Source: an uncultured Candidatus Actinomarina sp. (lineage in GTDB: Bacteria > Actinomycetota > Acidimicrobiia > Actinomarinales > Actinomarinaceae). Taken from it: a stretch of 63,150 bases of DNA. Each line of letters begins with the position of its first letter. Position 1 is the first letter of the stretch. Below the pieces are notes generated by a model. It saw only the letters and a list, made by a program, of their open reading frames with translations. It was not told the DNA's origin and searched no databases. Position numbers and translations under genes: made by a program. The stretch spans positions 1-63,150 of the forward strand of contig CACOLU010000005.1 in assembly GCA_902628045.1 (NCBI GenBank), written 5' to 3'. Positions 46,740 through 56,488 of this stretch are shown piece by piece.

Positions 46740-46914
46740 AAAATTAATTATATGACCAAACAAGATAAATAAAATGCCAAAAATATTGTTATTTTGCAAT
46801 TAATGACTAGTTTTTAGCTTCAGAAAGTAGTAAAAAATCATAGAGTCTTAAAATTGGATGTTTAGAATTTAGATAAGTTCATCTTTAGGCTCAACTAAAT
46901 ATATAATTATCTTG

Positions 46915-49176
46915 ATGGACCTTTCAAAAACAAATATTGAATTAGTAGAGAGAGTTTATAAGACTCTTGAGTCAAACATTGCATTATTTAAGGCTAGAAA
47001 AGGAAATTCACTAACTTTAGCGGAAAAAATCTTATATGGACACGCTAGAAATGTCTCTGAAATATCATTAAACAGAGGTGAGGATTTTGGTGATTTTTTA
47101 CCAGACAGAGTTGCCATGCAGGATGCAACTGCTCAAATGGCATTATTACAGTTTATGCAAGCTGAACTTCCTGAAACAGCTGTTCCTACAACAGTTCATT
47201 GCGATCATTTAATACAAGCTTATGAAGGTGCAAATAGTGATTTAAATGTAGCAAACAAGACCCATAAAGAGGTTTTTGACTTTCTGAGATCAGCATCAGA
47301 AAAATATAATATTGGCTTTTGGGGCCCTGGTGCTGGAATAATTCATCAAGTTGTATTAGAGCAATATGCATTTCCTGGCGGAATGATGATAGGTACTGAT
47401 AGTCATACTCCAAATGCAGGCGGACTTGGTATGGTCGCAATAGGTGTAGGTGGAGCTGATGCAGTTGACGTAATGGCAGGAATGCCATTTAATACAAAAA
47501 TACCAAAATTAATTGGTGTAAAGCTTACCGGAAAACTAAATGGGTGGACAGCTCCAAAAGATATTATCTTGAAAGTTGCAGAAATTCTAACTGTTAAAGG
47601 AGGAACAAATGCTATTGTTGAATATTTTGGAGAGGGTACAAAGTCAATTTCAACAACTGGAAAAGCAACAATTACAAATATGGGGGCCGAAATTGGAGCA
47701 ACGTGCTCTATATTCCCTTTTGATAAAAAAGGTGAAGAATATTTAGATGCAACAGGAAGATCTGATATTGCACTATTAGCAAATAAAAATATGCACTTGC
47801 TTACTGCAGATGATGATGTTGTGAGTAATCCAGGTAATTTTTTTGATCAAGTAGTTGAAATTAATTTAGACACATTAGAGCCACACATAGTTGGTCCACA
47901 TACTCCAGACCTAGCTCGTCCGGTTTCTCGATTAAAAGAAGATGCTATCGATAATAGTTACCCACTTCAAATTTCAAGCGCATTGATAGGTTCATGTACA
48001 AATTCTTCCTATGAAGACATAGGAAGAGCAGCTTACATCGCAAGGGAAGCAGCAAAAAAAGGGTTAAAGTCTAAAGTGCCATTGATGGTTACCCCTGGTT
48101 CTGAAATTACAAGAGCCACAATTGAAAGAGATGGGTATCTAAGTGATCTAGAGGCAATAGGTGCTACAGTGTTAGCAAATGCCTGCGGTCCATGCATTGG
48201 ACAATGGAAAAGAGATGATATAGAACCTGGTGAAAGTAATTCTATTGTTTCATCATATAATCGAAATTTTCCAGCAAGAAATGATGGAAATAAAGAAACT
48301 CTTTCTTTTATCGGATCTCCTGAAACTGTAATAGGATTAGCTTTAGGGGGCACTTTAGAGTTCGATTTTTTAAATGATACGTTAATTAACGATGAAGGTG
48401 ATGAAGTAAGATTGTCACCACCAACTGCGGAAGAGCTACCTCCTGAGGGGTTTGCTAGTACTTTAGAGGGATTTATACAACCAAAAGAAGATAGCAGTGT
48501 TGAAGTTGTGATAGATCCAAACTCGGAGAGATTACAAGTCTTAACTCCTTTTGATCCATTTGATGAAAATAACTATATAAATATGACAGTTCTAATGAAA
48601 GCAGTAGGAAAGTGTACGACTGATCATATATCACCTGCCGGTAAATGGTTAAGGTTTAGAGGACACTTAGAAAATATATCACAAAACTTATTTATTGGTG
48701 TTAATAATGCATTTTCAGAAGAGTCTGGAACTGGTGTTAACACAATTAACAATAAAGTTATGACATTGCCTGATCTTGCAAAAACATACCACGAGAATAA
48801 TATAAATTGGATTGCTATCGGCGATGAGAACTATGGTGAGGGATCTTCAAGGGAACATGCTGCTATGGAGCCAAGATTTAGAGGTTGTAGAGTAGTTTTG
48901 GTCAAAAGCTTTGCGAGAATTCATGAAGCTAATTTGAAAAAGCAGGGAATACTTCCATTAACTTTTGCTGACAGAACGGATTATGAAAAAATAGAACAAA
49001 ATGATAAATTAACCATAAAAAATTTAGAAAATTTAAAACCAGGAAGTAAAGTTACAGTTTCTATACAAAAAGAAGATGGTTCAGCAGTAGATATAGATAC
49101 CAATCATTCTTTATCTGAAGAGCAAATAAGTTGGTTTGAAAGTGGATCGGCTTTAAATTATATCAAATCAAATTAA
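46915..49176 (+). CDS. acn: Aconitate hydratase, mitochondrial-like (about 750 aa) type
   Basis: RVAMQDATAQMA, VHCDHLI, GAGIIHQ, GTDSHTPN, IGSCTNSSYED, ANACGPCIGQW, TTDHIS, NYGEGSSREHAA, SFARIHEANLKKQG. Confidence 0.96.
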   Translation: MDLSKTNIELVERVYKTLESNIALFKARKGNSLTLAEKILYGHARNVSEISLNRGEDFGDFLPDRVAMQDATAQMALLQFMQAELPETAVPTTVHCDHLIQAYEGANSDLNVANKTHKEVFDFLRSASEKYNIGFWGPGAGIIHQVVLEQYAFPGGMMIGTDSHTPNAGGLGMVAIGVGGADAVDVMAGMPFNTKIPKLIGVKLTGKLNGWTAPKDIILKVAEILTVKGGTNAIVEYFGEGTKSISTTGKATITNMGAEIGATCSIFPFDKKGEEYLDATGRSDIALLANKNMHLLTADDDVVSNPGNFFDQVVEINLDTLEPHIVGPHTPDLARPVSRLKEDAIDNSYPLQISSALIGSCTNSSYEDIGRAAYIAREAAKKGLKSKVPLMVTPGSEITRATIERDGYLSDLEAIGATVLANACGPCIGQWKRDDIEPGESNSIVSSYNRNFPARNDGNKETLSFIGSPETVIGLALGGTLEFDFLNDTLINDEGDEVRLSPPTAEELPPEGFASTLEGFIQPKEDSSVEVVIDPNSERLQVLTPFDPFDENNYINMTVLMKAVGKCTTDHISPAGKWLRFRGHLENISQNLFIGVNNAFSEESGTGVNTINNKVMTLPDLAKTYHENNINWIAIGDENYGEGSSREHAAMEPRFRGCRVVLVKSFARIHEANLKKQGILPLTFADRTDYEKIEQNDKLTIKNLENLKPGSKVTVSIQKEDGSAVDIDTNHSLSEEQISWFESGSALNYIKSN

Positions 49177-49823
49177 TGAAAAACTTTTCTGAAAAGATTC
49201 AATCTCTGAGGAACGAATATAGCGATTTAGACCTTACATTAGAGGATTTAAATCATGACCCAATAATCCAATTTACAAAATGGCTAGATGAAGCTATTGA
49301 AACGCAAATTTACGAACCTAATGCAATGGTTATTGCTACTGTAGATGAAAATGCACCAAGATCGAGATATGTATTATTTAAAAATATTATAAATGATAAT
49401 TTAATCTTCCATTCACACTATGAAAGTCCAAAAGCAATGGAGATATTTGCTAACCCTAATGTTTCGGGAATTTTTTATTGGGCTGAAATACACAGGCAAG
49501 TCAGATTCCAAGGTAAAGCAAAAAAAGCTGACTCAAAAGTATCTGATGAATATTTTAAGACTAGACCAAGAGGTGGACAATTAAGTGCATTGGCCTCAGC
49601 GCAAAGCAATATTATCTCCTCTAGAGAAGATGTTACGAATAAAATTGATGAGCTTGAAAAAGAATATGAAGGAAAAGAAATACCAAGACCTGACTTTTGG
49701 GGTGGTTTCTCTATTGAGGTAAATTATTGGGAGTTTTGGCAAGGGAGAAGAAACAGGACACATGATAGGTTTTGTTATAAGCAAGACGATAATTCTTGGA
49801 ATATCGAAAGGATGTCCCCTTAA
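49176..49823 (+). CDS. pdxH: Pyridoxine/pyridoxamine 5'-phosphate oxidase
   Basis: DPIIQF..W, EPNAMVIAT, RQVRFQG, YFKTRPRGGQL, PRPDFWGG, EFWQGRRNRTHDR. Confidence 0.96.
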   Translation: MKNFSEKIQSLRNEYSDLDLTLEDLNHDPIIQFTKWLDEAIETQIYEPNAMVIATVDENAPRSRYVLFKNIINDNLIFHSHYESPKAMEIFANPNVSGIFYWAEIHRQVRFQGKAKKADSKVSDEYFKTRPRGGQLSALASAQSNIISSREDVTNKIDELEKEYEGKEIPRPDFWGGFSIEVNYWEFWQGRRNRTHDRFCYKQDDNSWNIERMSP

Positions 49824-50485
49824 TGAGGCCAATAAAAGTAACCAAAAACTTTATTAATTCAGCTGAAAACTCAGTTTTATATGAATCAGGCAGTACAAAA
49901 GTATTAGTTACAGTATCTGTCTCAACTAGAATTCCAGACTGGTTACTTAATTCTGACAAGGGTTGGGTAAGTGCAGAATACAATATGTTACCTGGATCAT
50001 CTGGGAATAGAATATCAAGAAAATCTTTTGAATCTGGTAGGTCTAAAGAAATTTCAAGATTAATTGGAAGATCTTTAAGAGCTGTTTGTAATTTAGGAAT
50101 TATAAATGGATATTCCTTTACAGTAGATTGTGATGTGTTAGAAGCCGACGGTGGCACAAGAACTGCTTCTATTAATGGTGCTTGGATAGCTCTAAATGAT
50201 ACATTTGAAAAAATGATCCAGGAAAACAAATTAAATCAAAATCCACTTACAAGTAAAGTTGGCGCCATTTCAGTTGGGATTGTTGCTGGTGAACTGACAG
50301 CAGATCTTGATTATGAAAAAGATTCTAATGCAGAGGTTGATCTGAATTTAGTACTGGATGAAAAATTTGAAATACTAGAGATACAGGGAACTGCAGAAGG
50401 AAAACCATTTCCAAAAGAACATCTCGATAAACTTTTTGAAATTGGAAAAGAGTGTATAAAAGAAGTATTTGAAATACAAAAATAA
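49823..50485 (+). CDS. rph: Ribonuclease PH
   Basis: MRPIKV, GWVSAEYNMLP, EISRLIGRSLR, DCDVLEADGGTRTASING, DLDYEKD, EIQGTAEG. TAATG overlap with pdxH. Confidence 0.97.
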   Translation: MRPIKVTKNFINSAENSVLYESGSTKVLVTVSVSTRIPDWLLNSDKGWVSAEYNMLPGSSGNRISRKSFESGRSKEISRLIGRSLRAVCNLGIINGYSFTVDCDVLEADGGTRTASINGAWIALNDTFEKMIQENKLNQNPLTSKVGAISVGIVAGELTADLDYEKDSNAEVDLNLVLDEKFEILEIQGTAEGKPFPKEHLDKLFEIGKECIKEVFEIQK

Positions 50486-50489
50486 CCAG

Positions 50490-51059
50490 ATGGAAATCCT
50501 TTTAGCTTCAAATAATAAAAATAAGCACAAAGAGTTATTAAAAATTTTTCAAGAATTTGGAAGTAAACACACCTTGATAATAAATAAAGATATTCCAGAT
50601 GTAATTGAAGATAAAAATACTATTGAGGAAAATGCAAAAAAGAAAGCTAAAGAATGTTACGAAGTTTTTAAATCTCCAATTATTTCTGATGATTCGGGTT
50701 TGTTTGTAGATGCATTAGAAGGTCAGCCTGGTGTTCATTCAAAGAGATATGCAGGCTTTAGTTCTACTGATGTTGAAAATAATCAAAAATTAATAAATGA
50801 ACTTAAAACAGCTGACAATCTTAGTGCTTTTTTTAAAACAGTTCTTTGTTATTTTGATGGTTTAAATTTCATAACATCAAAAGGAGTTCTTGAGGGAAAG
50901 ATTGTATTTGAACCAAGAGGAAAAAACGGTTTTGGCTATGACCCTATTTTTGAGGTAAGCGGGAAAACATTGGCTGAAATGACTTTAGATGAAAAATCAA
51001 ATATAAGCCATAGAAAATTAGCAGCAGTAAAGTTAGTTGGGAAACTAAATGAAATATAA
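50490..51059 (+). CDS. rdgB: Non-canonical purine NTP pyrophosphatase (RdgB/HAM1)
   Basis: LASNNKNK, ENAKKKA, SDDSGL, PGVHSKRY, NGFGYDPIF, SHR. Confidence 0.96.
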   Translation: MEILLASNNKNKHKELLKIFQEFGSKHTLIINKDIPDVIEDKNTIEENAKKKAKECYEVFKSPIISDDSGLFVDALEGQPGVHSKRYAGFSSTDVENNQKLINELKTADNLSAFFKTVLCYFDGLNFITSKGVLEGKIVFEPRGKNGFGYDPIFEVSGKTLAEMTLDEKSNISHRKLAAVKLVGKLNEI

Positions 51060-51741
51060 AAATAAAATTTATTTACTTGTAGCTTTTCTTGTATTTTCGG
51101 CATGTGAGATTAAATGGAACATGAATGTTGAATTTAACGAAGACTTTTCTGGAAGGTACACAATAAAATTATTAATTAACGAAGAACTCCAATTGTATGC
51201 ACTCGACATAGGTGAAGAGTCATCAATTGGAAGTCTTAACGATATTATTACTGATCTTCCAGATGGATTTGGTTCAAGTATATTCCAGGAAGATGCTTAT
51301 CTTGGAATACTAGTTCGTAATGATTTTGATAATATTAGTGAACTAAACGACCAGTTTGAACTTCTAAAATCTAACGAAAATACAGCTCTGTTACTTTTAC
51401 CAATTGAAGAGATTGATTTTCAAAATAATGATGGAGAATTTAAAATTAATGGATCTTTTGGTGAGTTGTTTGATACTGAAAATGAAATTATTAATCAATC
51501 GGGCTATGAAAATGTATTTGATGGAAAGCTGGGCTTTAAAGTACCTGGAGAAATTACAAAACCAAATATTAGCAATATCGTAGAAAATACCATCATTTTT
51601 GAAGCCGATGGAGTTTCAAGTAAAACTTTCGAACTTATATCAAGTACTGAAAGACCTCTCAATCCAATAAATATTGCTATAGCTTTTGTTGTGTTAACAG
51701 CAGTATATTTTTTTGTTAGACAATCAAGAAAAATAAAGTAA
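51049..51741 (+). CDS. LppM/DUF3153-like lipoprotein with C-terminal membrane anchor
   Basis: Lipobox FSAC, beta-rich start (WNMNVEFNEDFSG), VPGEIT, C-terminal TM followed by RQSRKIK. Confidence 0.6.
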   Translation: MKYKNKIYLLVAFLVFSACEIKWNMNVEFNEDFSGRYTIKLLINEELQLYALDIGEESSIGSLNDIITDLPDGFGSSIFQEDAYLGILVRNDFDNISELNDQFELLKSNENTALLLLPIEEIDFQNNDGEFKINGSFGELFDTENEIINQSGYENVFDGKLGFKVPGEITKPNISNIVENTIIFEADGVSSKTFELISSTERPLNPINIAIAFVVLTAVYFFVRQSRKIK

Positions 51742-51751
51742 TATTGTCACA

Positions 51752-51778
51752 ATGAAAAAAATTATAATTATTATTTAG
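51752..51778 (+). CDS. cimA leader peptide MKKIIIII
   Basis: ATG AAA AAA ATT ATA ATT ATT ATT TAG: five tandem Ile codons directly upstream of the attenuator. Confidence 0.85.
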   Translation: MKKIIIII

Positions 51779-51779
51779 G

Positions 51780-51827
51780 AGCAACGTTCTAAGCGTTGTT
51801 GCCCTTGCGTTGCAAGGGTTTTTTTTT
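51780..51827 (+). promoter_or_regulatory. Transcription attenuator (alternative hairpins plus intrinsic terminator) upstream of cimA
   Basis: Terminator GCCCTTGC-GTT-GCAAGGGT followed by a T-run (51801-51827). GCAACG (51781-51786) can pair with CGTTGT (51794-51799) or with CGTTGC (51808-51813) inside the terminator. Confidence 0.85.
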
Positions 51828-51833
51828 GGAATT

Positions 51834-53390
51834 ATGAAAATAGACATATTTGATACAACTTTAAGAGACGGCTTTCAACAAGAAGGAATTTCTCCATCTG
51901 TGAAGGATAAAATTGCAATTGCAAAACTGATAGATGGCTTAGGAGTTAGTTTTATTGAGGGTGGTTGGCCAGGTGCATCACCTAAAGAGGAAGAGTTTTT
52001 TGAAGCTGCAAAAAGAGAGTTAAATTTAAAAAATGCAAAACTTGTAAGTTTTGGTTCCACTAGAAAACTAGACTTATCAGCTAAAGACGATCCACAAGTA
52101 AAGGCATTGGTTGATTCTGGCACTGATTATATCTGTATTGTAGGTAAATCTTCAAAACTTCATATTACAAAAGCGTTGCAAACTGATGTTGGCAGTGCAA
52201 TTGATATGGCAGTTGATACAATTTTGTATTTAAAGTCAAAGGGTAAAAAAGTATTTTTTGATGCAGAGCATTTTTTTGACGGCTACAAAGAAGACTTTAA
52301 AACAAGTCTAAAAATTCTAGAATCTGTAGTTTCAGCTGGTGCAGATTGTTTTATATTTTGTGATACAAATGGTGGTACATTGCCTGAGGAAGTTAGAAGA
52401 ATTCTCTCTGAGGTTATAGAAGAACATCCAAAAACTAAATTTGGTGTTCATTTTCAAAATGATAATGGCTGTGCAGTTGTTAACTCAATGGTCGCGGTAG
52501 ATCTTGGTGTTGATCATGTTCAGGGAACAATAAATGGGTATGGTGAAAGGACTGGAAATGCAGACCTTTGTACACTCATTCCTAATCTATCTTTAAAGCA
52601 AAATTATGAGACAATACCTACAGATTCTCTTAAAAAACTAACTCAGACAGCCAATCATATTGCAGAACTTGTAAATGTGTCAATCGATTCAAGGCATCCA
52701 TATGTTGGGTCATCAGCTTTTACCCACAAGGCAGGACTTCATGCATCTGGTATGTCAAAAGACAGTTCACTATATGAACACATAGATGCTTCAAAAGTTG
52801 GCAATTTTACAAGAACTACTGTTTCAGAATTAGCAGGTAGAGCAAGTGTTATTACAAAAGCAGAGGAATTTGGATTAAGTATTAATAATGATGAAGCTAA
52901 AGATTTAATTCAACAAGTTCAAAACTTAGAACACATTGGTTTTCAATTTGAAGCGGCGGATGCTTCGTTATTTATATTAATGAATTTAATAAAAGGAATT
53001 AAGCCAGATTTTTTTGAATTTGAAAGTTTTAGAGTTTTTTCGGAAAGAAGAAATTCTGAAAATGTTGTTTCAGAAGCTGTTTGTAAGATTACTGTAAATA
53101 ATAATAGATATGTTAAAACCGGAGAAGGAGTTGGTCCGGTTGATGCCCTCTCAAAAGCATTGAAATCAGCACTTGAAAATGACTACAAAGACATTAACAA
53201 TGTGAAACTTATTGATTACAAGGTGAGGATAATTGATTCCTCTGATGGTACAGAAGCTAAAACAAGAGTACTAATTGAATTTACTGATACAAAAAAACAA
53301 TGGAGCACTATTGGTGTACATGAAAATATTATCAATGCCTCTTGGAATGCTCTTTGCGATGGATTTAATTATTATTTTATGACTTCTTAG
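51834..53390 (+). CDS. cimA: Citramalate synthase
   Basis: DTTLRDGFQQEG, IEGGWPG, FDAEHFFDG, CDTNGG, HFQND, NGYGERTGNAD, AFTHKAGLH, SELAGRA, G.GPVDAL, DYKVRI, WSTIGVHENII. Confidence 0.95.
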   Translation: MKIDIFDTTLRDGFQQEGISPSVKDKIAIAKLIDGLGVSFIEGGWPGASPKEEEFFEAAKRELNLKNAKLVSFGSTRKLDLSAKDDPQVKALVDSGTDYICIVGKSSKLHITKALQTDVGSAIDMAVDTILYLKSKGKKVFFDAEHFFDGYKEDFKTSLKILESVVSAGADCFIFCDTNGGTLPEEVRRILSEVIEEHPKTKFGVHFQNDNGCAVVNSMVAVDLGVDHVQGTINGYGERTGNADLCTLIPNLSLKQNYETIPTDSLKKLTQTANHIAELVNVSIDSRHPYVGSSAFTHKAGLHASGMSKDSSLYEHIDASKVGNFTRTTVSELAGRASVITKAEEFGLSINNDEAKDLIQQVQNLEHIGFQFEAADASLFILMNLIKGIKPDFFEFESFRVFSERRNSENVVSEAVCKITVNNNRYVKTGEGVGPVDALSKALKSALENDYKDINNVKLIDYKVRIIDSSDGTEAKTRVLIEFTDTKKQWSTIGVHENIINASWNALCDGFNYYFMTS

Positions 53391-53440
53391 GTAGATTTTT
53401 CACTTTACAGATATATATACTATTTTAAAGGGGAGAATTT

Positions 53441-55387
53441 ATGAATGAAAAAATTGAAAACCTACTTAAAGAAGATAGAAAGTTTCCGCCTTCTGAAGAG
53501 CTTATTAAAAATGCAAACGCTCCTTCTTCTTGGTATGACGATGCAAATGAAGATAGATTAAAATTTTGGCAAAAACAAGCTCTAACAAGAATTTCTTGGT
53601 TTAAAGAACCAACAGAGATACTTGATGATTCAAACCCACCTTTTTTCAAATGGTTTAAAGATGGCGAGCTTAACTTATCATATAATTGCTTAGATAGACA
53701 CCTTGAGTCTGATGGAGATAGAGTTGCATTCTATTGGGAAGGAGAACCCGGAGATACCCAAAAAATTACATATCAAGACTTATATGAGAGAGTTTGTAAG
53801 CTTTCAAATGCAATGAAAAAACTTGGTGTAGAAAAAGGTGACAGAGTAGCAATTTATTTAGGGATGACTCCAGAAATTGTAGTTTCTATGCTGGCATGTG
53901 CAAGGATTGGGGCAGTGCATTCAGTTGTATTTGGTGGATTTTCATCAGAAGCCCTTGCAGATAGAATTAATGACGCAAAAGCAAAAACAGTTATTACCGC
54001 TGATGGGGCATGGAGAAGGGGAGATATAGTTCCTCTAAAAAACAATGTTGATGGCTCATTAGAACTTACCGAATATGTAGAAAATGTAATTGTTGTTAAA
54101 CGTACTGAACAGGATATCAATATGACTGAAGGTCGAGATCATTGGTACCACGATTTAACTGATAACGAATCTTCTGATTGTGAACCTGAAATAATGAATT
54201 CTGAAGATATGCTGTACATTCTTTATACATCTGGCACAACTGCAAAACCTAAAGGTATTGTACACACACAAGCGGGATATTTAACAGGAGTGACAACTAC
54301 TCATCACGAGGTTTTTGATGTAAAAGAAGATGATATTTACTGGTGTGCTGCAGATTGTGGATGGGTTACAGGTCATAGTTATATTGTTTATGGTCCATTA
54401 GCTAATAAAGCTACAAGCGTTATGTATGAGGGAGCACCAAATGCACCAGACGAGAAAAGACTTTGGAGTATTATTGAAAAGTATAAAGTAAATATTTTTT
54501 ATACAGCTCCAACTGCAATAAGAGCATTTATGAAATGGGGTGTAGAGCATCCTCAAGCACATGATTTAAGTTCACTAAGAATTTTAGGTACTGTGGGGGA
54601 ACCTATTAATCCAGAAGCATGGATGTGGTATCACGAAAATATCGGTGGTAAGAATTGTGCAATTGTGGATACATGGTGGCAAACGGAAACTGGCTCAATA
54701 ATGATTTCACCGCTCCCAGGTGTGACAAGTACCAAACCTGGATCAGCTTGTGGACCACTGCCCGGTATCGAATCAATTGTGATTGATAATGATGGAAAAG
54801 AAGTAGGTAAGGGTGAAGGAGGCTTTTTAGCAGTAAAATCTCCATGGCCATCAATGCTTAGAACTGTTTATGGAGACGATAAAAGGTATTTGGATACTTA
54901 TTGGTCACAACACGATGGTTTATATTTTGCAGGTGATGGTGCCAAATATGATGAAGAAGGCTATATATGGCTCTTAGGCCGTGTTGATGATGTAATGAAT
55001 ATATCTGGACATAGAATATCTACTGCTGAGGTTGAGAGTGCTTTAGTATCTCATCCAGCAGTAGCTGAAGCTGCAGTTATTGGCAGAAGTGATGAAATAA
55101 CTGGAGAGGCTATTGCTGCATTTGTTTCATTAATAGGAACTGATGAAGGCAACGAAGATTTAATTGCTGATCTTAGGCAGCACGTAAGTGACAAAATTGG
55201 TCCAATTGCTAAACCAAAAAGTATTGTTATAACTGCTGATTTACCAAAAACTAGAAGTGGAAAAATCATGCGGAGGCTTTTAAAAGATATTTCAGAAGAA
55301 AGAAAGCTCGGAGATGTAACTACATTAGCTAACGCAGATATTGTATCTGAATTACAGACAAGAGCATCTGAATCTGACGATGAATGA
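53441..55387 (+). CDS. acs: Acetyl-CoA synthetase (AMP-forming)
   Basis: YTSGTTAKPKG, WVTGHSYIVYGPL, DTWWQTETG, GRVDDV, PKTRSGKIMRR (acetylatable Lys). Confidence 0.98.
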   Translation: MNEKIENLLKEDRKFPPSEELIKNANAPSSWYDDANEDRLKFWQKQALTRISWFKEPTEILDDSNPPFFKWFKDGELNLSYNCLDRHLESDGDRVAFYWEGEPGDTQKITYQDLYERVCKLSNAMKKLGVEKGDRVAIYLGMTPEIVVSMLACARIGAVHSVVFGGFSSEALADRINDAKAKTVITADGAWRRGDIVPLKNNVDGSLELTEYVENVIVVKRTEQDINMTEGRDHWYHDLTDNESSDCEPEIMNSEDMLYILYTSGTTAKPKGIVHTQAGYLTGVTTTHHEVFDVKEDDIYWCAADCGWVTGHSYIVYGPLANKATSVMYEGAPNAPDEKRLWSIIEKYKVNIFYTAPTAIRAFMKWGVEHPQAHDLSSLRILGTVGEPINPEAWMWYHENIGGKNCAIVDTWWQTETGSIMISPLPGVTSTKPGSACGPLPGIESIVIDNDGKEVGKGEGGFLAVKSPWPSMLRTVYGDDKRYLDTYWSQHDGLYFAGDGAKYDEEGYIWLLGRVDDVMNISGHRISTAEVESALVSHPAVAEAAVIGRSDEITGEAIAAFVSLIGTDEGNEDLIADLRQHVSDKIGPIAKPKSIVITADLPKTRSGKIMRRLLKDISEERKLGDVTTLANADIVSELQTRASESDDE

Positions 55388-55874
55388 AAGAATAGTTAAA
55401 TGGGACTTAGTTCCAGGCTTAGTCTTAGAGTTAGTAAATTTAGATAAAGATGCTAGAAGAGATTTCTTTGTAAATTTACCAGTTGAAAATATTCCAATGG
55501 GTGCCTTAATGGACACTTCACAAGTTGAAGTTGATAATAACGGTCAGGTAACTTTTACACTAACGCCACAAGAGTTTCATTACAATCCCCTTGGAACTGT
55601 TCATGGGGGTTTAGCAGCTACAATGTTAGATTCTTGTAATAGTATTTCAGCTAACTGTCAGCTTGATAAGGGGTTTTTGACAATGACAACAGATATAAGG
55701 GTTAATTACTTTAGACCTATGACAGTTTCCACTGGTGAAGTTACTGCATCGGCAAAGATTGAAAAAATAGGAAGAAGAGTAATTTTTGTTACTGGTACTT
55801 TAAGTGACAAAGATGGAAAAATTTATGCAACCGCTAATTCAACAGAGCTTATTGTAGAATTTCCTCCAAAATAA
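55380..55874 (+). CDS. PaaI-family hotdog thioesterase
   Basis: HYNPLGTVHGGLAATMLDS, TTDIRVNYFRP, GRRV. Start ATG 55380 overlaps the acs end. Confidence 0.9.
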   Translation: MNERIVKWDLVPGLVLELVNLDKDARRDFFVNLPVENIPMGALMDTSQVEVDNNGQVTFTLTPQEFHYNPLGTVHGGLAATMLDSCNSISANCQLDKGFLTMTTDIRVNYFRPMTVSTGEVTASAKIEKIGRRVIFVTGTLSDKDGKIYATANSTELIVEFPPK

Positions 55875-55888
55875 ATAATTATAATCTG

Positions 55889-55971
55889 TGCGGATGAGAG
55901 GACTCGAACCTCCACGAGCAAAGCTCACTAGATCCTAAATCTAGCGCGTCTACCAGTTCCGCCACATCCGC
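55889..55971 (-). tRNA. tRNA-Leu (TAG)
   Basis: GCGGATG acceptor, CTAGA-TTTAGGA-TCTAG anticodon arm, long variable arm, GGTTCGAGTCC. Confidence 0.96.
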
Positions 55972-55983
55972 TAAAATGTCGCG

Positions 55984-56057
55984 TGGGTCGCCGGGGACTT
56001 GAACCCCGAACCTGCGGATTAAGAGTCCGTTGCTCTGCCAAATTGAGCTAGCGACCC
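55984..56057 (-). tRNA. tRNA-Lys (CTT)
   Basis: GGGTCGC acceptor, anticodon loop CTCTTAA, GGTTCAAGTCC. Confidence 0.95.
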
Positions 56058-56152
56058 CTTTTAAAGATTAACTTAGATTATGATAGTTAAGTATAAATTT
56101 TTTCTATTTATTCTTTTTATAAAACAGTTAATATAGAAAAATAATTAAGTTG

Positions 56153-56227
56153 CGGGCTGTGGCTCAGCTTGGCTAGAGCGCCTGCTTTGGGAGCAGGAGG
56201 TCGTGAGTTCGAATCTCACCAGCCCGA
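56153..56227 (+). tRNA. tRNA-Pro (TGG)
   Basis: CGGGCTG acceptor, CCTGC-TTTGGGA-GCAGG, GTTCGAATC. Confidence 0.96.
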
Positions 56228-56234
56228 CAGACCT

Positions 56235-56305
56235 GCGGGTGTAGCTTAATGGCAAAGCTCCAGCCTTCCAAGCTGGCTATGAGGGTTCGATTCCCTTCAC
56301 CCGCT
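56235..56305 (+). tRNA. tRNA-Gly (TCC)
   Basis: GCGGGTG acceptor, CCAGC-CTTCCAA-GCTGG, GGTTCGATTCC. Confidence 0.96.
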
Positions 56306-56313
56306 CACGAAGA

Positions 56314-56387
56314 GCTCTCGTAGCTCAAATGGATAGAGCAACAGACTTCTAATCTGTAGGTTATAGGTTCGAGTCCTATCGAGAGCG
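56314..56387 (+). tRNA. tRNA-Arg (TCT)
   Basis: GCTCTCG acceptor, ACAGA-CTTCTAA-TCTGT, GGTTCGAGTCC. Confidence 0.96.
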
Positions 56388-56391
56388 CTGT

Positions 56392-56467
56392 GGTGATCGT
56401 AGCTCAGTTCGGTTAGAGCGCCTGGTTGTGGTCCAGGAGGTCGCGGGTTCGAATCCCGTCGGTCACC
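56392..56467 (+). tRNA. tRNA-His (GTG)
   Basis: Encoded G-1 with C73 discriminator, CCTGG-TTGTGGT-CCAGG, GGTTCGAATCC. Confidence 0.96.
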
Positions 56468-56488
56468 CTTATATTTAATAGGAGATGA

